DNA of 64,000 nt. Origin: Felis catus (lineage: Eukaryota). The stretch lies in assembly GCF_018350175.1 (NCBI RefSeq), contig NC_058368.1, positions 137,394,001 through 137,458,000 on the forward strand, written 5' to 3'. Every line of letters starts with the position of its first letter. Position 1 is the stretch's first letter. This document shows positions 1 through 14,257 of this stretch, one piece after another. The position numbers were made by a program, and so were the translations under genes. A model generated the notes under the pieces. That model saw nothing but the letters and a program-made list of their open reading frames with translations, ran no database searches and was not told the DNA's origin.

Positions 1-396
1 TGTCACTTATTTTATAGCCATTCTAGTAGATGTGATTATGCTTCTTAAATACTTCTTACCTCAAACTGCCATTTTTCAAAAAGCCATACATTTTGTTTGA
101 CATTATAAAATAGGAACATTGGCTGCAAGATTTTTCTGTTTTCTTGATATAAACTTATTTTTCATGATAATTTGCCTGTTGATTATCAAGGATAACACTA
201 AAATAATATAAATTGTTTTCTCATTCTCAAAGTTACAAATGAAGTTTTTAAAACTTGTTTATTTTCAAACTTAATTGCAAATCGAAATCATCTATTGAGC
301 CAGCATTCCGCCCCACACACTAATGAAATGAGGAATCTAGACACCCGTGTTTTGTTTTTGTTTCTGTGCTGGTCCTTAAAGTTTCATGCTCTAGTT

Positions 397-586
397 CAAG
401 GTTTCTCAACCTCCACATTGTTGACATTTTGCCACATGGTTCTTTGTTGTGGTGGCTGTTGTGTACATTGTAGAACGTGAAGCGGCACCCACCCCCCCAC
501 ACACACAGTTGTCATGACCACCATTGTCTCCAGACATTGCCCATTGTCCCCTGGGAAACAAAATTATGCCTAGTTAAGAACCACGG
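397..586 (-). mobile_element. MER20-like hAT-Charlie DNA transposon relic
   Basis: ggtttctcaacctc...ttgtctccagacattgcc...tgtcccctggg...aagaaccac resembles reverse MER20 consensus. Confidence 0.75.
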
Positions 587-926
587 CTATAATTCAGAGT
601 GTTGGGATTTCTAATAACTGATGAAACAGTTAAATCCATGAATTATCAGACTGAACTGTGTAATTCATTTGGTTAAATAATGCTAATTCCTCTGTTGCCC
701 ATTTAGTTTTCTGTTCCTTAGAGTGCCCAATGTGCCCAGCACTAGGCCAAGGACTTGGCATGTGTATCCCATTTAATCTTTACAACAGCCTTAGGTTGGT
801 AAGGAAACTGCAAAAAGAGAAACTTGCCCAAAGTTGGTTAACATAGCTAGTACTAATGGCATATTTACTCTTGGACTCCAAATCTCCCACAAGAGAACAC
901 GAGGTCTTCACTGCTGCCACAAATTA

Positions 927-1017
927 TAGTAGCCCCCTGTAATCCACAAGGGGATATGTGCCAAGACCCCCAGTGGGTGCCTGAAACTCACAGATAGTAC
1001 CAGACCCTCTAAGTACT

Positions 1018-1082
<65 letters not shown>

Positions 1083-1471
1083 ACATACATACATACCTAT
1101 GATAAAGTTGAATGTATAAATCAGGCATCAAGAGATTAACAATCATAATAGTAAAATAGAACAGTTATATTGGGTGCCTGGGTGGCTCAGTCGTTGAAGC
1201 TTGTGACTTCAGCTCAGGTCATGACCTTGTGGTTTGTGAATTTGAGCCCCATGTCAGGCTCTGTGCTGACCAGGTTAGAGACTGAAGCCTGCTTCAGATT
1301 CTGTGTCTCCCTGTCTTTCTGCAACCCCCTGCTTGGCGTCTGTCTCTCTCTCTCAAAAGTAAATAAACGTTAAAAATTTTTTTTTAAAAGAGGATCATCT
1401 GCTTTTAGACTGCACTTAACCAAGGGTAACAAATCATGAAGTACAAAAAACTGCACAGTGAGGTGCTACTC
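927..1471 (+). mobile_element. MER44/Tigger7-like TcMar relic interrupted by (TG)n (1022-1078) and a Can-SINE
   Basis: ccaagacccccagtgggtgcctgaaac...catacctatgataaagtt...aagagattaac motifs and degenerate termini. Confidence 0.65.
1172..1380 (+). mobile_element. Can-SINE (tRNA-derived carnivore SINE)
   Basis: gggtgcctgggtggctcagtc head, (CT)n, A-rich tail. Confidence 0.9.
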
Positions 1472-2349
1472 TACCTCCCAGTGTATCCCTGTAGGCTGGG
1501 AGCAGGATGGATTCAGATTATAATATAGATAACATTATAAAAGTAATAATGTTCATTGAGTTGGGGGAAAGGAACTACTTCTACTTCCCCTTCACATCCC
1601 ACCCATTTTTATATCTTTCCAGAAGTTTTTCTGTGTACCCTGGAGAAGAGGTTGACTTTACAGCAGTGAAATGAAATTGATTTTGTGTACTCTCTTGGTT
1701 CTTTTCCATTTACTGTATAACTCATTCTATATCAGTATATAAAGATTTCATTCTCTTTCATGGTAATTTAATACTCATTGGTATGGTTCTGCCATACAGT
1801 ATAACTAAGACTCTTACTGTTATGTAAGGTGTTACTTGTAGCCAGTTTAACAGCCTTTTTTAAAAAAGGATTTTACTATTGTTTAACAGTTTGTGATCAA
1901 CTATTTAGTATGCCTAATCACATTGGGAAAAAAATTTTATACTTAATTTTTGTTACCATTTTGTTTTCTTAATTATTGCATTAAATGAAATCTGAATTGA
2001 TACATGGTTCCTTGGCTAATAGTTCTTTGTCTGGAGAGAGTGCTTTCCAGCATATTTTATGCTTCATGCGCTGGTGATTTGTTCAGATTTATTTGCTTAA
2101 CCTCCCGCTAAGTCATTATGTATTTGATTCTGAATGATCTAGCCCTAAGAATGTTAAGTAGAAGTAATAAATGTACACATTTTGCTGCAGGTTAGTTTGC
2201 TCATTCTTGGTCATAAAAAAGTATTTCTTGTTTATAGAGATAGACTGTGTCCTATTTAATTAAATTCTTTGAAACGGTAAATATATGAATAAAGTGTCAT
2301 GCATGTAACCAGTAGTCATGATAATAGAGTTAATGATAATAGAGTTTAA

Positions 2350-2595
<246 letters not shown>

Positions 2596-3216
2596 TAAAG
2601 AGTGTTACCCTATAAGCAGACTCTTCAGTCTGGAATTCACATACTCTCTTGTGTTGCTGATGTGAAATAGACAATACTGTGATCTACATTAACTTAAAAA
2701 AGATATTTGAATTCAGAAGCCATCTTAGGATAAGTTTTACCTTGAACAGTGAACTATTCTTTAACAGCCATCGGCTTGTCTCTAACCCCACCCAGATAGT
2801 TCACAAATGCTTCTGTTACATTAAAGGGAACAGAATGAGAGGACTAATGTCAGAAGCATCCCCATTGCTAGAAAAATCATGTTCTCTGTAGATAAGTGTA
2901 AGAAACATGGTAGGAGAGTCTCCTCATTCTCTGCGAAGCATTATTATGTCCTAGCTGTAAGCCTGTATATACAAGAAATTGAAGTATTTTACAGGCACTT
3001 CTGAAAGCTGTAATTTGTGTAGCAGAAGTAAAATGAACTTTCCTAACCCTACTAGAAGATACTTTGGAGCAGTTAGCTCTCATTCCTTTTTTTTTTTTCC
3101 TTAATTTTGAACAGATTATTATAGTATATTTATTGTAATGGAGATAATCTGAGTGTTTTTGATGGATGCTTGTATGATTTTAGTATTCAATTGAAATAAT
3201 TGTAACCGAATGTTAG

Positions 3217-3564
<348 letters not shown>

Positions 3565-5543
3565 TAGTATTAAACCATTAGTGGAGCTTTTGTCATCTAT
3601 ACGTTTTACCTGGTGGTTTTGCAAATTCAAATGTAAAGCAACTAGACCTCATTCTTTGCTGGTTCTTCAACTCATTCTTTTTTCCTCAGTGGCTTTGATA
3701 ACAGTAGAATTCTCTTTTACCCTGATTCTCACAGACACCTGGAGTGGTGATGTTGGGAGTCTTGCTTTTGAAGGAATAACAAAAGTTTGGGTAGATTCAC
3801 ATCATTAGTTTAAAGGTCAACAACTCCATAGAAAGTCCCACAGTGCAGTCACGTATCATCTGTCACTTAGTGAATCTACCCCAGTAGCTACTCTGTTGGT
3901 CATGTTTGGAGCTGTGTTTTTATATCACATGAGCAGTTAGTTTCATTACTATAAATATTCCAGTTTTCTGGGACAAACCTTTGTGTTCTAAAAAGGCCTG
4001 ACATATTTATAGGTCTTAACTTTTTAATTAGAATTTCTTTACTGTTGACTTTGTTTATAAGAAGAAACAGTTATTGAATAAGTGTAAATTTAAGTAGAGT
4101 TGGACTTTACCAGATGTGAAGCAGAAATACCTGGGAGATACCTCTAATTCGTAATAAGATGAAAGAAAGTTGAACCAAAGGGAGTTGGGTGATGAATAGC
4201 ACTCTTTTTTTCTTTTTTTTTGAAGTGAGGGGAGGATACAAATTATATTTGCTTTCCTACAAACATAATCTGTATTTTTTTTAAACTTTCTACTATTTGT
4301 TAAGCATATATTAAATGCTGGGTTTACATTCCCTGCCATCTTTAAACTTAGAGGCTAGTACAGAATACTAAATAACTATATAATTATAATTTCTGGCAAG
4401 TCCTGTAAAGGAAATACATAAACAGTTTATAATTTAAGATGGGGCTTTCACTAACAAATGGTTTAAGCCTGTCATTGTAGGAAATCCCTGAGTGGGTAGA
4501 ATAGAAGCTAATACAAACTTTAATTTTAGAAGTGAAGAGCCAGGTATACTTTAAGAGTCCAGACAAGTTTAGGTCTAAATTGAGGTAACTACTCCGACTC
4601 TGGAGTTTTTTCCTTTCTTGTACATTTGTGTTAATAGATAAGCCATACATAAGGTAAATTTGTAGTAATAAACGCACTATGCATTCTGATGTATAATGTA
4701 GAACTTAGACCAACATTTTTAAGAATTGTGGAGGAAAAGTTGGCAAAAATAACCCACATTTAAAATGTACAGTGGTATGACTTGATAAAAATATACATTA
4801 TGGAACAGTAACCAAGATCAAGATAATTAGCACATCTCTCACCTCACGTAGTTGACAAAGACTTTGTCTTTTTCTGTGTGGTGAGAAGGGTTAAGATCTA
4901 TGCTCAGCAACTTTCAAGTATACAACACTGTAGTATTAATTATAGTCACCATGCTATATATTAGGTGCTCAGAATTTATTCTTGTAATTGCAAATTTGTG
5001 CCCTTTGACCATCTGCATCATCCCATTTCCCCTCTCCTGCTAAGAGAAACATTTAAGAGGTCATGATGCTCTGTTCCGATACATCTCAAACTAACTGTTA
5101 AAAATGTCATTTTGTGACTCTTGGTATGTAATCTGAAGGGTAAGGTGCAAGTTAGTTTCACATTTTTAATTCTCATTTCATTCATCTGGACCGGTCACTA
5201 GAATTTAAGCTCCCTGAAAATGGGGACATTGTTTTCTTCATTGTTCATTGCTGCATTCCCAGCACTAAGTGACTAAATAGTAAATACCAGATAAATTTGG
5301 TGAATGTATGTCTGAATATAAGAAACAACGATAGTTTTAGATTTTACCATTGTAGTGAAGCAGATGCACATAGGTGACAGCCTCTTTGAAGGAAATGAAA
5401 GAAATGGGGGAGAAACAATAAAAATAAGCCTCTGTTTTGGTGAGGTAAGGATAGGCATTTAAAGTGTAAATAGATACTGTATAAACTATAGAGGTAGCTT
5501 CCTATCTCTATTATAACCTATTCCTTTTCTACAACAGCAGTAA

Positions 5544-5756
<213 letters not shown>

Positions 5757-5984
5757 TAACTGTTAAGAAAAAACATTCTAGCATAGTTAAAATCAGTAGG
5801 TTAACATGTATGTGGAAATGAAAAATGTTTGGGGAGATGTGAACACTTAGTTACTTTAAGAATGTATATCTTTAAAAGGCAGCAAGTATTTTTACTTTTT
5901 AGATGGTATTAATAAATATGTTCTTGGTGTTGAAGTTATATCAGTATATCACATGAATGCACCAGCACGTTTTAGAAAAGGGAT

Positions 5985-6195
5985 GGGATGCCTGGGTGGC
6001 TCAGTCGGTTAAGCGTCTGACTCTGGCTCAAGTCCTGATCTCACAGGTCATGAGTGCAAGCCTTACATCAGGCTCCATGCTGACAGCGCAGAGCCTGCTT
6101 GGGATTCTCTCTCTGCCCTTCACCTGCTCTCTTTCTCGGTCTCTCAAAATAAATAAACTTTATTCATTTAAGTAAATGAAAATTTTTTTATAAAA
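5985..6195 (+). mobile_element. Can-SINE with target-site duplication tagaaaagggat
   Basis: Head, CT tract and tail; TSD at 5973-5984 and 6196-6207. Confidence 0.9.
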
Positions 6196-7189
6196 TAGAA
6201 AAGGGATAAAGGATTTCAACTTTTAATTCCAAGTATTTTTCTGTCCACCACTTCATAAATATTGTAGCTTTAGATACCATATCTAAATGTCTGTGTTTTC
6301 TTGCTGGAACTTAGAGGAATGGGGAGTATATACTAAGGTAAAACAACGAGAAATTGGATAAGTTAAAAATGCTAAATAGCAGTATAGAAGAGGAGGTATG
6401 TTTGGCTAAGAATCCAAACTCTTGTTTCTAGTAGTGTTAAGAAGAAGGTGATGGAATTGGATTTGCTTAAATAGGATTAAAATAATAGAATTTCATGATA
6501 GCTCAAAATTCCCAGCAGAAAAATAGATTACATCTTTATGATTGCTATATAAGAAGTCTTGAGAAATTGTCTGTGTTTATAAGTTATACTTAAAACGGTG
6601 CAAGACACTTGGTTCATGGGTTTGCTTTGATGTTGGTTTTGCTTTGTGTGCTGGGGCGTGGGGAGTGTTTCTCTGAATGTCTTAGAGCCTTTAGAATCTG
6701 TGCCTCTTGTTTACATGATTACTATTGTTTATTTAGTATTTAGCTGTTTATGGATTCTAACGTTTAAAAAAGACACGTAAATGACTGTCGATCTTTTTCT
6801 ACAAATGCCTCTGTAAGTTTACGTATCATTTATAACATGCTGTACAGCAAGAGCCATATTACATGTTGCAAGTTCCAGAACTAAAAAAACTCAAAATAAA
6901 ATTTACAGGAATTATCCCTTATTTTGATCAAAGGATTTTTCTGTAGTGGTGTATTTTATTTCAAGAAGGATAGAAGATGACTTAAGAATAGAGTAAGATT
7001 ATATAAATTAAAAGATAAGGCAGAAAGTAAAAATTTTAAAGGTGCTAAGAGGAACAGACTCAGTCTTACAAGGCATTCTGTAATGATTTTACACAATTAC
7101 TCTAAGTGGATTTTAATTTTCATAGACCCAAGATGGACTTATTTACATATGATAGTGGAGCTTTATGTGTTTTTCATCATTATAAATAG

Positions 7190-7282
<93 letters not shown>

Positions 7283-7504
7283 TAAGCTGGCAACCATTAC
7301 TCTAATAGTAGTGTTTCAGCAAAAACATGTCTAAATACGAAGTGTTGAGTGTACGTGATAAGTAAAATGTTAATACGTTTGCATTCTGAACCATTTCTGT
7401 TAAAATGCTGAATAAGTATGTAACTGCTCTTACTTTAATTGTTACAACCATACTAAGAAATACTGTTAAATAGAAAAAGCGTAATGGATCCTACCACATC
7501 AGCA

Positions 7505-7507
<3 letters not shown>

Positions 7508-7548
<41 letters not shown>
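7508..7548. repeat. (TA)n microsatellite
   Basis: Read directly. Confidence 0.95.
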
Positions 7549-7552
<4 letters not shown>

Positions 7553-7963
7553 ATGTGAATTTAGCTACATTTCTTTGTATGGATACAGAGCTATACCATG
7601 ATAATTAATATAGTTCAAATTATTTTATTTGTTAATGTAATGTATATACACACATACTCAGACTTATGTGAAGTAGCATTGGGACTTGGTGCTAATAGGA
7701 GGGACTTTACTTCATACCCTTTCTGACCGGCTTGAGGTTTGATATTTATTTGTTGATGGGTGGGGAGGGGGGCTTCCCCTTACCAGCAGCAAACTTAAAG
7801 CCATGGCTGGCATCCAAAGGAGAGGTTTGAAAAGATAACCTGCTAATTATAGAATAGTAGAGCAGGCTAATAAATGACCAGAATTATACCGAGTACACTC
7901 CTAAAGCATTTATCATAATTTTATGGTACCCAGAAATTTACTTCTGTACTTTATTCTTTCTAG

Positions 7964-8071
7964 TGCCTATCTTCAGTTGCCACAGCCCTTCAGTCTGGTT
8001 TCCTTCCATACTGTGAACCTGTGTACCAGCGTTGTGTGAACCTCGTACAGAAGACTCTTGCACAAGCCATG
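7964..8071 (+). CDS. TNPO1: Transportin-1 coding exon (~16), [36 protein letters not shown]
   Basis: ttctag/gtattt boundaries; 108 nt. Confidence 0.96.
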
Positions 8072-8203
8072 GTATTTTTAAAAAATACTTATATCTGCCC
8101 TCCGGGCATCATAAACATTTTTCTATGGATAGGCATAATGTATACACATTTTTTTCATGTAATTGATTCAAAGTAAGTCTTTTAAAACTTTGTCTAATTT
8201 CAG

Positions 8204-8362
8204 CTGAACAATGCTCAACCAGATCAGTATGAGGCTCCAGATAAAGATTTTATGATAGTGGCTCTTGATTTACTCAGTGGCCTGGCTGAAGGCCTTGGAG
8301 GCAACATTGAACAGCTGGTAGCCCGAAGTAACATTCTAACACTAATGTATCAGTGCATGCAG
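8204..8362 (+). CDS. TNPO1: Transportin-1 coding exon (~17), [53 protein letters not shown]
   Basis: tttcag/gtgaga boundaries; 159 nt. Confidence 0.97.
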
Positions 8363-8442
8363 GTGAGACTCGTTAAATTAAAATTAATTAAGACCTGATT
8401 CTCTGTGTTACATTGGGGTTAATATCTTCTTATTCCTTGTAG

Positions 8443-8580
<138 letters not shown>

Positions 8581-9699
8581 TAAGCTATGTTTTTGTATTA
8601 AACTGAAATGTCATGGAATCCCAACATTCATAAACATGCATTTTACTGGTAAAAGGTGCTCTGAGTGAAGCAGGTGGGATGGGAACCCCCTTGCTCCTTT
8701 GAATTCATCATCAACTACAGCAGCTCATTAGGCACTTGTGTGACTGGAGAAAAGCTGGAAAAATATTTAGTATAAAGGACATGCCACCTGTGAAGCCTTG
8801 GGACTGTATGCCAGTTTATGGATAATTTTTGAATAGCCTCTTTTTGGATTAGAGGTAATCAAAAATAATAACAATCAGGTTTTCTCATGATAAAACAGTG
8901 TACTTTGTCGGATATCCTAGGGAACTTTTCAAACGGTTTATGTCAAAAGTAAATAATGATTTGTTTTTATTTTAGTAGGATAGCATTTGTCTTAGCCTTT
9001 TGTGATGATAATAAAGGATTCCTTAAATAACATCAACTATGACTTGACTGTCAAAATCATGGATTAAATGGGTTTTGGGTTTTCTTTCATTTCTGTATCC
9101 CAATGTTTTGAATAATACTTATTTATGATACACTTTTTTGGGTTTTTTTGGCATCCCCCCCCCCAGTTTTATTGAGATATACTTGACATATAACATTGTA
9201 TAACTTTCAGGTGTACGACATAATGATTTGAAATAGGTATATTTCAAATGTATATTTGCAAAATCACAGTAAGTTTAGTTAACATCCATCGCCTTAATAT
9301 AAAGATTTTTTTTTCTTACTGAGAACTCTTAAGATCTGCTATCTTACAATTGGAAGTTTGTAGCCTTTAACCAGCTTCGTCCAATTCCCAATTGTGCTTT
9401 TGAATAACAACTATATTTCTGAACTTTGAATAATATTCTGTATTAAACCCTCAAGTTTAAGCCTAATTACTCTAAATGAAAGTGTAATCAATTCTTGTTT
9501 TATGGAAAGCTTGTTCTACAGATATTTACCACCTGATTTAGTTTTTATGAATTTAAACTTGTATGAAGGGTTTCATTTTTTTTTAAGAGTATATAGATGT
9601 GTATCTTCTTCAGGAGGTACACCATGTCTAGTTATCTTTCTCTCTCTCTCTCCCTCTCTCTCTCTCTGTGTTATCAGTTATGATTGTTTTCTAGGTTAG

Positions 9700-9963
9700 G
9701 GTTTCTCAAGCAGGGGCAGTTTTGACACCCCCGACCCTCCCAAACATTTGGTAGTGTCTGGAGACATTTTGTTTACCACTGGGGGTGTGTTACTGATATC
9801 TAGTAGGTAGAGGCAAATGATGTTGATAAACATCATACAATGCATGATACAGTGCCCTGCCCCTCACCAGCCCCTCACCCCTGCCACGACCCCTCCCACC
9901 CCTTGCCCCACAGCAGAATGATCTGGACCAAATGATTGGTATTACTGAGATTTAGAAACGCTG
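9700..9963 (+). mobile_element. MER20-like DNA transposon relic
   Basis: gtttctcaag...catttggtagtgtctggagacatttt...tctagtaggtagaggc matches recalled MER20. Confidence 0.8.
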
Positions 9964-10816
9964 TCTCAAATCCATGAGTTTATTGGGGGTTTAAAAAAAG
10001 GATGATACTCTAATTCTTCATTTAATAGTGAGAATATGGACATAGAGTCCTTTTTCATACCGGTATATTTATTACCGAGAGATAAAAACCTTATAGGGGA
10101 GGCAGGATAATTACTTGATTCTTTCTCTTTGTTTACCAGTTTTCAAAATAATGAATTGATTCCCAGCATCTTCCACAGGTATCTATATTGTGTTTCAGAG
10201 TTTAGTTTTTGTTTGTGTTTGGTTCTTTTTTGAGTGTCAGTATGAATTCATGATGCTCAAATTGTCCTACCACTGGCAGTGGGAGCTTAATCAGATGGGC
10301 TCCTTAGTCCTTCCTGGTATGACAAAATAGTCCAGGCTTGTTTTGTACATTTCCTGCCTTCAGCCTGCCATGAGATGTTTTCTCTGATAGCCTTTATTCC
10401 TTTCAGTGGAAAATGATATTTAGAGACTATAATCTGAGCACTAGTAAAAGTTAGTTTAAAAGCCAAAACCATTGATGTAAAGAAAAAAAAAAATTTGTGT
10501 GTGTGAAAAATGAACTTTGAAGAAAGCTGTATCCTGTTTTCCTCATTTTTAATTTGAATTTTCTGTCTCATGATGAGAGATTTCTTGACCAGCTCTTTTT
10601 TTAATAATATCGCAAACAGACCAAAACTTCTGTTTCCTCTTCTACTTCATAGAAAGTTCAATGCCCCTTTCACTTTCTTAAAATAAATGCTCTCCATACC
10701 TTTTAGAAATTATTTCTTGCCTAGATTTCAGTTTCCACCTAGTAGATTTCCTTTAAAGCACAGTACACTACTGTTGAGAAGTTTACTACATAGTTGTTAA
10801 AAAATTTTTTTTCTAG

Positions 10817-10915
10817 CTGATTTCATGCCTATACTGGGAACCAACCTAAATCCAGAGTTCATTTCAGTCTGCAATAATGCCACATGGGCAATTGGAGAAA
10901 TCTCCATTCAAATGG
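10817..10915 (+). CDS. TNPO1: Transportin-1 coding exon (~19), [32 protein letters not shown](G)
   Basis: ttctag/gtaaga boundaries; 99 nt. Confidence 0.97.
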
Positions 10916-11125
10916 GTAAGATCTTTTTCCCCTTTAAGCACTGTATAAATTGTTAGATGCCTTAGTGTATTTAGAATTGTTTTTTCTTTATAATTTAAAT
11001 GAATTTTATATACATATATTTATTATTAACTTGTGTCACAGTGAATAGAGGGAGCAAAGTATTTTCCATTGATATTTTAACATTCAAATTTTTCTTTTTT
11101 GTTTTCTCTTTTGGGGATGATTTAG

Positions 11126-11221
11126 GTATAGAGATGCAGCCTTATATTCCTATGGTGTTGCACCAGCTTGTAGAAATCATTAACAGACCCAACACACCAA
11201 AGACGTTGTTAGAGAATACAG
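11126..11221 (+). CDS. TNPO1: Transportin-1 coding exon (~20), [31 protein letters not shown](A)
   Basis: atttag acceptor, weak gtacca donor; inside ORF 10999-11232. Confidence 0.96.
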
Positions 11222-13924
11222 GTACCATATGACTGAACTGTTATGGTGAAGAGAAAATTATTTGCCTTTAAGGTTAAGATGCGTAGAGAAACCAAAGCAA
11301 AGCTAGCTTTAGAAACCCAGCTTATTAGTAAGAGCTATTTTAGATTCTCCGTAATGATACGTACTGTTTTAACTGTATTCCATAACCAGTTTTCAGAGAC
11401 TTTGAAAAACACTTCTCTCCTATTCTGTGTGTTTAATACTCCCTAAAATGGACCCCAGCTAAAATAACTACTGAACAGTATGAATTTTAATTTTACATTA
11501 ATTCAGAGAGTAACTGGCAGCTGGGAAGTAATTTTTCTTTTTAATCTATAAAAATGTGGCCAAAAATATCCTTCACTGTAGTAGTGGATAACTGGTTAAC
11601 AATGGCATGTGTATTTTGTATTTTATTGTATACTTTCCTTCAAATTGAGAACTTAGGCAGTACCTTGTAGGATTTTTATTCAGGAGGCTTGTTTCTCTTT
11701 TGCATTTATAGAGAGCATGTTGATACTAAAGAGTACCTTCCATACTATAGAACACATTTCTGGGTGACTTTTTTTTCCCACCCTCCCTAATTTTTGCTAA
11801 TAGTGATAAAAGGTGTAAATTTTATTTTCAATCAGGCACATCCTTTTCTTTTATATACCTAAGATAATTTGAATAAATATAGCCAGTGAGGGTTTTACCG
11901 AAATACTGGACAAAGATTAAAATAAGGTTTTCTAAATAAGGAAATTTGTTTTCAAAGGCATTTTAACTTTATATGTTTTAATTATAGAAAGCTTATATTT
12001 TAATGTGATGAAAATTGATATGTTTATTGGTATGGAAGGAAATCTTTCAATTATGAAACAGTTTATATAGCTGTTTGGCTGTATGGGTACTGTTTATTTT
12101 ATAAAGCGAATTAGATTTTTCTTGCTGTAAAGTACAAAAATGTATGTATTAGGATGGTTATGAAATCTTGTCGGGTTTTTATCTTTAGAATGCAGTACCT
12201 ATACATGACATTCAGATTTGGAACACTTACCATTATAAAATTACTGTTGAACCTAAAGAAACTTCCTATTTATTTTTAAATGTGAATGCATAACAGCAAA
12301 TAAATGTTGAATGTAATGTATATTAAAGTTTCTTGTGGGATATCAGCTTGTGAATTTGTTACAGCTCCATTTACAAATTGGCTTTATTATAAGTTTATGT
12401 TCTAAGTATGATTCTACTCTAAGTAAACCAAAAAGTAGTTGATTATGCTCATCAAGTTGATAGCTTAAATTGATAAGAGATTCAGTGGATTCATTTTATC
12501 ACAAATGGCTGCAGAAAATGTTTCCATTATTCCTTATCCAAAGGGCAGGGGCTAATTATTAAAACCACTGTCAATGACTGAGGTCAATAGATTTTAGCAA
12601 TTTAATTACCATTTTCTTAATATTTCATAAAGCCAATTCCTTAGTGTATGCCGTTATTTGCTCTTTTTCCAATTAGTATATCCTACACTGAACTTTCTCA
12701 ATGGACCATCATCTGCTTTATCGCATGTTTCATTGGATCGTTCATACTTGCCTGTTTAATGAGAATGTTGCATAGTTTGTGTCTTTTGAACATAGGTTTT
12801 CTTTCTCTTGCTTCATTATGAATCTGCTGGATTTTAGTATTATCTGTGTAGTTTGCTTCAAGTAATCCTTAAACATTTTTCTTTACCCCCCCCCCCACCC
12901 TTTTTTTATGAAAGGTTAACCTGTAAGTTTTTGAGAGAACACCATTAAAGCACCTTATGGTTTGTTTTCTGTTTGTATTTTTTTTCCCGTTGTGTATAAA
13001 TGTATTTATATGTATGTACCTTTGAATTGCAGAATGCAGTTCTGAGTTGCACTTCTTTTAGCTCTTTGTAAGTTTAAGGACTTCCTGAATTTTGATGGTG
13101 AATGTTTGAGTAATTCCCACTTCGAAATTTTTTTTTTCAGTAAAATATTAGCATGTAATCAGTATGATGTCTTATCTATTTTGTGCTATTGCCTTTTATA
13201 GCAAAGACAGATTATTTGTTTATTCCTTTTGTCCACATATCACCTCATTACAGTGGACTATCAATTTCCTTCCTGTCAAATACGGTTTGAAAATAGTGGG
13301 CTATTATCTGAGTTACCATTATCACCATCAGAGGATTATTGGAATGGGATTTGACACAACACAGCAGTTTTCCAATTCCTTCATTTAGTGCATTACTGCA
13401 AAACCTAAAATTTGACCATTGATTTGAAATTACGCAATATGGCAATTTGCTATCAGTCCACTGGTTTTAGAAATCTTAACAGACAAAAAAATCTACCTAA
13501 ATTGGAATTAAGTTCCTCGATTTTCAAAGATTGGAAATCACTTATTTAAAAAGACATAGAGAAGTAAAGAAATTTTAACTGGTTTAACTTCTGAGAACTG
13601 TGTTTGAGTGAACAATTCAGAAATGTAATCTTTCACATTTACTAATATTTCTTGGGGGAAAAAACATAGATTTCATTATTAAATTCTGAAATTTCAACTG
13701 GCCTTGAATGGAGAATCTCTAAATCCATCTATTTAATCGCTCATCTTTTTATTAACAGAATGTCTTCACACTTGATTGAGCGAGAAAAGCAATTCATCCT
13801 GGTTTTTGGTGTTCTCTCAATCTTTAAAGTTTTTTTTAATTCCTTTCGTTTTCCTTTTTCCAAGAGTATGCCATATATGTTGCTGCCCCTTACTTTAGGG
13901 GGTGGTAATAAACAGCACTGGTGA

Positions 13925-14257
<333 letters not shown>

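Noticed and set aside
2318..2346. Short local duplications (atgataatagagtt x2; also ~15500, ~50087, ~55229)
   Set aside because: Ordinary slippage duplications; not arrays with spacers, so not CRISPR-like
13129..13160. Strong acceptor tttttttttcag at 13140 as another cryptic exon (would read GTA AAA TAT TAG)
   Set aside because: Only a weak donor (gtaatc) nearby; kept as a minor possibility
11990..13320. Possible intronic C/D-box snoRNA (TGATGA and CTGA motifs)
   Set aside because: No convincing box spacing with a terminal stem or recognisable guide; motifs are common in AT-rich DNA
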